Below are positions 19,145 to 27,200 of a stretch of 30,796 nucleotides of DNA, one piece after another. The notes below the pieces were generated by a model. That model did not search any database. It saw nothing but the letters and a program-made list of their open reading frames with translations, and was not told where the DNA came from. Origin of the DNA: a virus (Duplodnaviria; Caudoviricetes); the IMG/VR virus record IMGVR_UViG_3300037483_000196, positions 1 to 30,796 of that record; one strand, written 5' to 3'. The translations under genes were made by a program, and so were the position numbers. Every line of letters starts with the position of its first letter. Positions within the stretch are counted from its first letter, which is position 1.

Positions 19145-19329
19145 GATGCGTTCTCCTTGATTCGAGCCCATCGCGTTGCTAAGTGCCTGTTATGGTTGCT
19201 TCCTTTCGCAGGATCCTGCGCATGCTGGTTCAGACGCACCACAAGAGGACGATGCGTCTTACCAACATAGCGAAGTTCTCCAGTCGCTGGATCGGCCAAG
19301 CCGTAGATTTTAGCGGCATAAGCTTCCAT
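19141..19329 (-). pseudogene. Truncated GIY-YIG homing endonuclease
   Basis: KIYGLADP...RYVGKT...RL..H, but only 62 aa; the downstream catalytic Glu/Asn region appears to be missing. Confidence 0.7.
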
Positions 19330-19335
19330 TTCAGA

Positions 19336-20313
19336 TCACCACGGGACTCCACTTTTCGTGTTGATGTAGTAGCCGAGTTCCTTGGCCACGATCTTCTCAT
19401 CCTGATAATAACCGCCTTCCAGCACCTCAATCTTCTCGGAACCCGCTCCGTCGTATACCTGACGTGCCACGGCCATCGGCACACCGAGCACAGGATCGTT
19501 CCAGCGAAATGACAGACCATAAGTAGCAGTCTGCATCGACAAAGCACCCTCGACTCGACTCAGCAGCGCGGTGGCACCCCAGATTGATGTAATGCTTGCA
19601 GTCTGTGCGGGGTTGGCGTTATTCTTCTGGCTGCGCGCAATGAGAATGTTGTCCACTTGGAACATTTCCTTGAGCTGCGAGTCATTCAGCAGGCCGGGGC
19701 CAGAATCGCGGAACTTGAAGATTTCAAACAGACGCTTATTCTGCTTCGCGTACAGGTACGAATCGTAGTCGAGCGTCAGTGTATTGGCGCGCAAGCCAGT
19801 CGAGTGATAGATCGCGAGGTGCGCCGTCAGCAGTTGGTCCGCGAGATCGGCAGAATTGACCGCGTCCCATGCATTGGCGCCCGTATTGCGCAGAGGTGCC
19901 GTGACGTGGTTGCCAGACGTGGTGCAAGTCGCTGCAACGCGAGCCTCCAGACCGCGCAACAGGCCCGTGCCGATCATCATCGTGTTGGACTCGCGCAGAC
20001 GGATCGCGTTGTCAGCGTTGGCGAGGTCCTCCAGCGGGATGTCCGCACCGAGGGCATGGTTCTTGGCGAAGTACGAATCGCTTGACACGTCGAACTCAAT
20101 GCGACGAGCACGCGTTTTCGGCGCACGGAACGTATCCGGCAGGGCCAGCCATGCTTCTTTGCGAAGGATGTAATACTTGTCGGACTGATTACCGACAGGT
20201 ACGACAGGGAACAGACGAGTCGCGACGAAATCTCCAGCGGTATCGAAGGCTGTGACCAGCGTATCGCTTAGCGGCTTGTCTACGTGAATTGCGCGTCCAG
20301 TAGCAGCGGGCAT
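19336..20313 (-). CDS. Major capsid protein
   Basis: HVDKPLS, FVATRLFPVVPV..QSDKYY and RAP.T.ARRIEF; 325 aa; strong RBS; follows the cement gene. Confidence 0.9.
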   Translation of the reverse strand: MPAATGRAIHVDKPLSDTLVTAFDTAGDFVATRLFPVVPVGNQSDKYYILRKEAWLALPDTFRAPKTRARRIEFDVSSDSYFAKNHALGADIPLEDLANADNAIRLRESNTMMIGTGLLRGLEARVAATCTTSGNHVTAPLRNTGANAWDAVNSADLADQLLTAHLAIYHSTGLRANTLTLDYDSYLYAKQNKRLFEIFKFRDSGPGLLNDSQLKEMFQVDNILIARSQKNNANPAQTASITSIWGATALLSRVEGALSMQTATYGLSFRWNDPVLGVPMAVARQVYDGAGSEKIEVLEGGYYQDEKIVAKELGYYINTKSGVPW

Positions 20314-20345
20314 AATTTTCTCCTTTGGTAGTTAGGTTGAAGGCA

Positions 20346-20705
20346 TCAGCCGAGTTTCCAGGGCGGGATCGCCATGACAGGGATCAGGTCGCCGACGGCG
20401 CCAGTCTCCAGCGTATACGCTGTGACCATGTCACCAGAGGCTGCTGGCACAGCACCGCCGTCTGCGGCTGCTGTGATATTCGATCCCGCCGTAACGGCGC
20501 TGCTGACATAGCAGCGAGTCAGACCAAGCGGACAGACGCTGATATGCTCGCCGATGGCCGCGCTGTTCTGCGAGACGCCAGGGTTAAACTGTGTCGCGTT
20601 GACGGCAGGACCACCGTAGTTGTCGCCCGAATTGAGCACGAAGCGGTATTGCGGCGTCGCCACAGCAGCCACCAGCGTAAAGTTCATGGGTTGATATCCA
20701 TACAT
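20346..20705 (-). CDS. Capsid cement / decoration protein (DUF2190-like)
   Basis: GVSQN.A..GE.ISV..LG, VTAGS.ITAAADGGAV and LETGAVGDLIPV; located between scaffold and capsid genes. Confidence 0.75.
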   Translation of the reverse strand: MYGYQPMNFTLVAAVATPQYRFVLNSGDNYGGPAVNATQFNPGVSQNSAAIGEHISVCPLGLTRCYVSSAVTAGSNITAAADGGAVPAASGDMVTAYTLETGAVGDLIPVMAIPPWKLG

Positions 20706-20738
20706 AATGAGCTCCTTTTCTAACCAAGGTTAATCGGA

Positions 20739-21392
20739 TCAGCCAGCCTGAGCGTAGTCCGCTTTGAGGACAGGGTCGGCATCAAGGACCGCATGCAGCG
20801 CATCGTGATGCGAGACGCCGGGGTGCTGGGCCTTGTAGTGCTTGATGCGGCGATCGACCTCTTCACTCGGTACGGCCTCGTTCTTGTTGTTCGGGTCATC
20901 GGTTGACACGACAGTGAACAAGCGCTGTGCGTTGGCGTTGATGTAGCCGATGGTGCGCTCCAGCTCTTCCAGCGCAGGCTTCTTGTTACCCTGCGCATCG
21001 TACACGTGGATGTCTGCATCTCGCGTAGCGAGGTCCGCATACTGGCGGACGAACGAACGCATAGCCGGGATGCGGCACTGCTCGACTAATTTCTCAATCT
21101 TAACTTTGCGCGTCTCCTCCTCCAGGGTCTTGATACGTTCCGCGTTCTGGCCGGACTGTGTCTGTGCGGTCTTTAGCGCGTCAGCAGCCTCGCGGCGTGC
21201 CTTATCCGCCGCCTTGAGGGCATTAGACAGTTTGACGATCTCCATCGCCTTTTCGTCGCTCGATAATTTGGTGATATCCAATGACGTATCGTCAGTGCTG
21301 TTGTTCTTGAGGCCACCAATAGCCTCGGTGATGGGAGCGAGCGCGGCAGCTACCGTGTCGCCAACCAGTTTCTTGATTTCATCGGGGTCCAT
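20739..21392 (-). CDS. Nested in-frame scaffolding protein (Mu Z-like)
   Basis: Internal AAGGAG-accgat-ATG at 21392, in frame with the protease. Confidence 0.6.
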   Translation of the reverse strand: MDPDEIKKLVGDTVAAALAPITEAIGGLKNNSTDDTSLDITKLSSDEKAMEIVKLSNALKAADKARREAADALKTAQTQSGQNAERIKTLEEETRKVKIEKLVEQCRIPAMRSFVRQYADLATRDADIHVYDAQGNKKPALEELERTIGYINANAQRLFTVVSTDDPNNKNEAVPSEEVDRRIKHYKAQHPGVSHHDALHAVLDADPVLKADYAQAG

Positions 21393-22115
21393 ATCGGTCT
21401 CCTTAGAATGGTTGAGATCATGCCGCTTGGCAGCAGCCTTCTTGACTCCGTCGAGCAGCGCTTCAAGATCAGCTTCTTCGGAGAACTCGTGACCGTGGGC
21501 GTTAATGAAGTCCAGCAAGCTGCCACGGTCGGCCAGCTTGTATTCTAATTCGTCGCCGTAGTGAACCTCGGCGGCATCGTCGTGGAGCATCTCGTGCAGC
21601 GGTCTCAGGTTGGCCACAGCAGGTATGTCCGCACCAAGCAGCGCCACAGCTTTGAGCGCGCGCTTGAACTTCTTGCCTGCGCGCTCGAAGTCCCAGTAGA
21701 TCTCGCTGCTCACTGTGTTGTACAACTTATCCTTGATGGCCTCGTACACGAGGTCTGGCATATCGATGAAGTCGGCGACCAGCTTACTGCCCTCGCGCCG
21801 CAGGTTGTCCACCCACCCCAGAGCAGGCATGCCAGGCTTGTCCTTGACGTGACCAGCCTTGAGCGGTGGCTTGAAGTCGAGCGCGCCGAACGCCTCGACC
21901 ATCGCGTCCAGGTCGTCGTCGCTGTAGTCGTCACCGTTGTGTCGCCCAGAAGCGAAGATCTCGATGCCGTCCATCCGCTGTGCGTAACTCATGTGCTTGC
22001 TAGCTTCGATGGCGGCGAGCTGCTCCTTGGCCTTCTCCTCGGTAGGATGGCAACCGAGCTTCTTCACACCGGCCTTGTCGAACACGCACCACTCGTTCCC
22101 GATTTTCTTAATCAT
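20739..22115 (-). CDS. Mu I-like prohead protease fused to scaffold
   Basis: EIFASG, PLKAGH, PALGWV..L, YNTVSSEIY and AVALLGADIPAV; coiled-coil C-terminal half. Confidence 0.85.
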   Translation of the reverse strand: MIKKIGNEWCVFDKAGVKKLGCHPTEEKAKEQLAAIEASKHMSYAQRMDGIEIFASGRHNGDDYSDDDLDAMVEAFGALDFKPPLKAGHVKDKPGMPALGWVDNLRREGSKLVADFIDMPDLVYEAIKDKLYNTVSSEIYWDFERAGKKFKRALKAVALLGADIPAVANLRPLHEMLHDDAAEVHYGDELEYKLADRGSLLDFINAHGHEFSEEADLEALLDGVKKAAAKRHDLNHSKETDMDPDEIKKLVGDTVAAALAPITEAIGGLKNNSTDDTSLDITKLSSDEKAMEIVKLSNALKAADKARREAADALKTAQTQSGQNAERIKTLEEETRKVKIEKLVEQCRIPAMRSFVRQYADLATRDADIHVYDAQGNKKPALEELERTIGYINANAQRLFTVVSTDDPNNKNEAVPSEEVDRRIKHYKAQHPGVSHHDALHAVLDADPVLKADYAQAG

Positions 22116-22264
22116 CTGGATCTCCTTCTAAGAAAAGCAATCAACGAATCGAACAGATCGACTACGACGAATATGCCGATTGCCACAACAAGCAGAAATG
22201 CCGCGAGCACCAGGAATGTGGCTTCGAAGCTCATGCCATCGATCATCCCGAGCGCACCGTTCAT
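22112..22264 (-). CDS. Small single-TM peptide (50 aa)
   Basis: ATGA overlaps at both ends; FLVLAAFLLVVAIGIFVVV followed by a basic tail. Confidence 0.55.
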   Translation of the reverse strand: MNGALGMIDGMSFEATFLVLAAFLLVVAIGIFVVVDLFDSLIAFLRRRSR

Positions 22265-22935
22265 GGCGGAAAGTCCGAGCACTTTGGGCACAAGCCATAC
22301 GGCTTCATCTGCAAGCCGCGCGGATCGTCCCACACAGAACCGATCACGCCGCTGTAATCTGCGTCGAAGCAGCAGGTCGTGATCTTGCCGTCCGACAGCA
22401 CGACGCCCCAGCCGCTGCGCAGGAACTCGCACGGCATGCGCGGCGCTGACACGTGCCACTTCACCTGACCGGCCCAGTCGAGGGCGCTATCAACGAAGCT
22501 GTTGTTCTTGCCGACGACGATGCCCGCGCGCTTGCACGCCTCGATCGCTGGGCCAGCCTTCTCCGGACGATGGAGCGACACGTAGACGATGGGCTTGGCC
22601 GGCGCGATCAACATTGCCATAGCATCATCGAGCAGCAGCCCGTTGGTCGAGAATACAAGCGGCCTGTTCCAACCTATTGCTTCACGCGCCATCAATAGCA
22701 TCAGCGGGAACTTCGGGTGCAGCGTCGCCTCACCGAGGCCAGTCAAGGACAGCTCGCCCTGCGTGCCCTCACGGCAGAAGTGATCCACTAGCTTGAGCGT
22801 GCGGTCGAACGTCGCATCGTCCATGTCCTTCTTCTCGCGCGCCATCGTCGGGTGCGGGCAGTATTGGCACGCGAGATTACAACGACTCGAAATTTCAATC
22901 TGCTTGACGGAGGCGATGGGGCGTGGGTAGTTCAT
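22261..22935 (-). CDS. Radical SAM protein with SPASM/twitch domain (paralogue 2)
   Basis: CNLACQYC, GE..LHP, STNG and C...DG.ITTCC.D...CPKC. Confidence 0.9.
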   Translation of the reverse strand: MNYPRPIASVKQIEISSRCNLACQYCPHPTMAREKKDMDDATFDRTLKLVDHFCREGTQGELSLTGLGEATLHPKFPLMLLMAREAIGWNRPLVFSTNGLLLDDAMAMLIAPAKPIVYVSLHRPEKAGPAIEACKRAGIVVGKNNSFVDSALDWAGQVKWHVSAPRMPCEFLRSGWGVVLSDGKITTCCFDADYSGVIGSVWDDPRGLQMKPYGLCPKCSDFPP

Positions 22936-23111
22936 AACTCAACCCTGCTTCTGATCCACCACAGCAAAAATGCGACCCAACATATCGGGCCACCAACTAT
23001 GATCCAAAATAGTAATACTTGCGTACTGGGCGTCCATCCTTTATTTATCAAAATACCCAAGGCAAGCAACGTCGCCCAGCTATACAACAGAATAGGCAAA
23101 AGTACATTCAT
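22932..23111 (-). CDS. Small two-TM, Trp-rich membrane protein (59 aa)
   Basis: GGAGG RBS, TGATG and ATGA coupling, two hydrophobic segments, AT-richer than its neighbours. Confidence 0.6.
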   Translation of the reverse strand: MNVLLPILLYSWATLLALGILINKGWTPSTQVLLFWIIVGGPICWVAFLLWWIRSRVEL

Positions 23112-23788
23112 CAGTTCACCTCCTGGTCGCAGGTATCGCATAGCCTGTAGGGTCGCGTGCTCACGTGCTCAAGCTTCGCGGTCTTGATGTCCTGGTCGAT
23201 GACGCCGCTGCCGTCGCTGTCCAGGCAGCAAGTCGATACGCGCCCATCACTCATCACGAAGGCCAGCCCGTTGCGCACCCACTGGCACTTGCGCCGCTCG
23301 GGGACCGAGACGTGCCAGTCAACTTGCCCGGCCCAATTCATCGCCGCGAGAGCCGGGTCCGCGCTGATCCCGGCGAGCAGACCGACGCGCTTCAGCGCCT
23401 CGACCGCAGGCCCGGCCTTCTCAGGGCGGTGCAGCGACACCCAGATCATCGGGCGTGCGGGAGCGAGCTCGCGCGCCAGTTCGTCCGTCATCAGCAAGCC
23501 GTTCGTCGCGAGGACCACGCGGCAATGCGATCCTACAGCCTCACGCGCGAGGTAGACCCAGCGAACAAAGTCGGGGTGCATGGTCGATTCGCCGATTCCC
23601 GCCAAGTTGATCTCGTTCTGCGTACCGTGCTGAACGAACTTCTTGGCCCAGCGCAATGATGCCGCATAGGTATCCTCATCCATGTCCGTCTTCGCGCGCG
23701 CCATATGCGGATGCACGCAGTACTTGCACCGCAGATTGCAGCGAGACGTGATCTCGATCTGGTGGATGGAGCGAATGCGGCTTTGCAT
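23111..23788 (-). CDS. Radical SAM protein with SPASM/twitch domain (paralogue 1)
   Basis: CNLRCKYC, GE.TMHP, ATNG and C...DGRVSTCC.D...CDTC. Start at MQSRI. Confidence 0.9.
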   Translation of the reverse strand: MQSRIRSIHQIEITSRCNLRCKYCVHPHMARAKTDMDEDTYAASLRWAKKFVQHGTQNEINLAGIGESTMHPDFVRWVYLAREAVGSHCRVVLATNGLLMTDELARELAPARPMIWVSLHRPEKAGPAVEALKRVGLLAGISADPALAAMNWAGQVDWHVSVPERRKCQWVRNGLAFVMSDGRVSTCCLDSDGSGVIDQDIKTAKLEHVSTRPYRLCDTCDQEVN

Positions 23789-23789
23789 G

Positions 23790-24011
23790 TCAGGGCAGCT
23801 CTTCCACCATGGCCGACAGGCGATCAACCGCCGCGATGGTCTCATTCGACAGCGTCAGCCCGGCGAAGGACTCCTTCAATTCGTCGACGCCAGCCAGCAT
23901 GCGGTCCTTAATGGTAATAGTCACCACATGCTGCCCCTCAGCGATTTGGTCGACATCCTCCGGTTCCAGCGGGCCATCGTCAACCATGTCGTCATCAATC
24001 AGCTTGTCCAT
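23790..24011 (-). CDS. Small acidic hypothetical protein (73 aa)
   Basis: AGGAGG RBS before MDKLIDDD. Confidence 0.6.
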   Translation of the reverse strand: MDKLIDDDMVDDGPLEPEDVDQIAEGQHVVTITIKDRMLAGVDELKESFAGLTLSNETIAAVDRLSAMVEELP

Positions 24012-24141
24012 CGTTCTTCCTCCTTCGTTTGTAGAACACAACCATACCAGCGATCAGTATGAATGCTGGCACCAGAACCCCAACCACAGCGGGCAGCAGG
24101 AACATCAGCAACGCGAGATCAACCGCCAGTGTGTCCAGCAC
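23995..24141 (-). CDS. Small TM peptide (48 aa)
   Basis: Hand-translated from GTG with AAGGAG RBS: MLDTLAVDLALLMFLLPAVVGVLVPAFILIAGMVVFYKRRRKNDGQAD. Confidence 0.55.
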   Translation of the reverse strand: MLDTLAVDLALLMFLLPAVVGVLVPAFILIAGMVVFYKRRRKNDGQAD

Positions 24142-24298
24142 TATCGCTCTCCTTCGACTTCAGCCACGCTTCGGCCTGTTTGATCGCATCGACCACCTCC
24201 GGATTACGCGGCAGCTTCCTCAGCGCGCGCAGCCACGCCTCGATCTCGCGGAGTGAGGAATAAGCGGAGACTGGAGGGTCAATCAGAATGAAGCTCAT
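24119..24298 (-). CDS. Small helical protein (59 aa), candidate immunity or partner of the MuF C-terminal domain
   Basis: ATGA overlap with the portal-MuF stop: MSFILIDPPVSAYSSLREIEAWLRALRKLPRNPEVVDAIKQAEAWLKSKESDSAGHTGG. Confidence 0.65.
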   Translation of the reverse strand: MSFILIDPPVSAYSSLREIEAWLRALRKLPRNPEVVDAIKQAEAWLKSKESDSAGHTGG

Positions 24299-27200
24299 GG
24301 AAGAACTCCTTTTGCCACATTGGCAGCAGCATCAACTAATGCTTCAAAACCATTGCTGTGTGCATTGTAGCTGGCAATTGAATCCTTCATGTATTTTCCT
24401 AACTGCGCGTCATAGGCAATAGCTCCGATCTTCGACAAGGCTGTGTTCGCTGCATGGCCATATACCATGTTCGCTTTTTCTAAAGTAAATTCTGTTGGTG
24501 GAGGCAGCAAATCCTGGCTGGCGATAGCATTATTCAAATTTCTCATAATAGTAAAATGAACCGCCGTGTAAGCATTCCCAACTAGATGATTATCCATCAG
24601 CGCCTTACCTCGATAAACACCCCCATCTTCGGTCACAGCCACAATCTCTCTCAACTGAGCGCTATTGGTCATGCGTAGATCACCTTCAGAAAGCGTCGTC
24701 TGATTTGGGTGGTTGTGCAGCACGATACTGCCGCGCATTTCTGAAATCTCCTGTTCAGTAAACTCGACGTAGTGCGTATCGCCATCCTTGTCGATGATAA
24801 CTTCCCCATCCTCGTTGATGACAGAAGCATGCTCAATTCCTTTTTCTTGACCAGCTTTCAAGGCGCGCTCCTTGAGCGTCTCCTCGATGCGGGTAGATGA
24901 CGATCCACCGCCCGCGTCCGTCCACTGCCCTTGATCATCGCGCGGGTGTTGAGACTCGTCCCAGGTGAAGTGCTCGGTGTCAGCAGCCTTCCCAACTTTT
25001 ATGAGACGTACCTCAGCATCAATATCACCCTTCCACTTAGCAGCTGACAATCTGTGATGTCCGTCCATGATGTATAAACTGCCTTCGTAAGATGCAACTA
25101 ACGGTAGAGTTACACTTTTCCCAGCATTGCCGCTTAAAATTTTGCTGGTTTGATTTCTATCCACATGCCCTTCTGTTGCAATCAGAGAAGACAGACGAAC
25201 AGTTTTTATCTGGGCAATTTTTTTAGCAGCCTTGTAATCTTCATGCAGAATGATTTCTGTTTGTTTTTCGCGCTTCACATGAAAAGGAACTTCAGCAGTC
25301 CCTGGTAAAGAACGTCCAAAATTGTCCTTCCCATCTTGAACATCGTCGGGTATCCCGCCACCGCCTCCTGGTCCAAACTGACCACTCTCATCACCGCTGC
25401 CAGCAGGGACGCGTGGGTGCTGAGACTCATCCCAAGCGAAACGAGCAGTACCACCGAAGCCCTTGTCCATCAGGTCGAGCGCAATGCCTTTGTCCGTCGC
25501 TGTGATAAGGTCAGCGACGTCAATGGGCTCATCGACCATGATCGGCACAAGGATTGAGCGGCAGTTGTAATGGTTGGGAGGAGTGAACCTGTCGATATCC
25601 ACATCGTCAATCCTGAATATCTTACGGTCAAGATGCTGGCATAGCTCGGTAGTGCGCTCGTCAATGATCGCGCTGTATTCAACGCCGTGGATGAAGCCTT
25701 CCAGATCAGGGTCGCGCATCTCGACCAGTCGCCCATTGTTGTAGGCATCGGTAGTATTCGTACGCACAATGGTCTCCAGGCGCGGCGCTGTGAGTTGTAG
25801 CTCGTCTTCGATGATAGACTCATCACCCAGGTACGGCAGCCACACGTCCTGTAACTTGTGCACTGTTTCCGCTGTGCCCTCGCCGTTGTGGAGCGACTGG
25901 AGCAGCACGGCCTTGGCATCCTTTAGCAACTGTTCTTCGGTAATGCCCTTGACCCACAGCGCCTTCTCTCGGAGATAACGGATCGCGGCCTTGGGCGTCA
26001 TAGCAGGCTTGGCATTGGGCTTGGGATTGACCTCAGTGCGTACGTCCTTGCGCCCTTGACCAAAGGCTGCGAGCAGCATCGATGCTATGGAATCTTCCAG
26101 CGGCGAGCCGGGCATCTTGAGGTCGTTGATTTTCGCCGCCGTTGGTTTCTTAGGCAGGTCGGCGATGAACACATCGCGCAGTGCCGCGAGCACGCCTTTC
26201 AGCTTGTCTTTCGACTGCGCCTCCAGCGCATCGAGACGCCGCGCGACTTGCTCGAAGTGAGCGCTGCGCGTGGGCGCTGCGAGGCGCTTGACTTTACCTT
26301 TTCCTGGATTACCACCAGCGCCCGAAGGAATTTGATCGTCAGCAACTCCGCCTTCTCCAGGAGGAGCAGGCTCAGGTTCGTCGAAGTCTTCATCTTTAGC
26401 CTCACGTTCCGGGAATTTGAGCTGCTTGCGAATATGCTTCTCGTCTTCGCCCTGGCGCTTGACGATATCAGCATCTACCATCTTTCCCCATGACTCCATG
26501 AGGTCGATGCGCACGTCGTCCGTGAGCGGGCGAAACTCGAAGCGCGGCGGTTCTTCCAATGGTCCTACTTCGACCGCGACGATCTGCGCGACGATCTGCG
26601 CATTGACCAGTTCCTGAAGCTCACGACGCACGTGCTCAATGACCAACATGAATACATCGAAATGAACCTGCGCGCGGGCATAGCTGCCCTCTGCGTCGTC
26701 CGGTGTCGCACCTAACAGCCCGGGCATTAGGATAGCGCGCGCTATATCACGGTTAAACATATCCATCGCCGGAATAAATACCGTCGATACCTGGCCCGCA
26801 AGCTCGGGAGACCATAGCTCCATCGAGTCCTTGTCGCCACGCGGAATGATGCCAGTCGTCGCGGCCTGCATCCGCAGCATGATCGTCTTCAGCTTACTGA
26901 GCTGGTCGCCTTTGTAGTCATCCGCGTTATAAAGCGCAAAGATGGGCGGAATGCCCATGCGTTCAAGCAGCATCGCCATCCACTTATACGCGTTGTCCTT
27001 CGTCCACCAGGCGCGGTATGCAGCCTCAAGGTCGGACGTGCCATAGTGGTTGGAGAACTCGGTAGCGTAGGAATACAAGACGAACTTGTCCATCGGCAGC
27101 GGGCGCGCGTTCTGCTCCAGCCCGGTCACATTGCCAAATACGTCGCTGATGAACTCCATCTGATGCGGGGCACGCGTCTTGAGCGCCGCGAGGTAGGCAC

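Noticed and set aside
22261-23788. Radical SAMs as QueE, MoaA or anaerobic RNR activase (DNA modification or metabolism)
   Set aside because: No queC/queD/folE/dpdA or nrdD in the window, no MoaA C-terminal GG motif, and the twitch cysteine pattern and structural-gene context do not fit.
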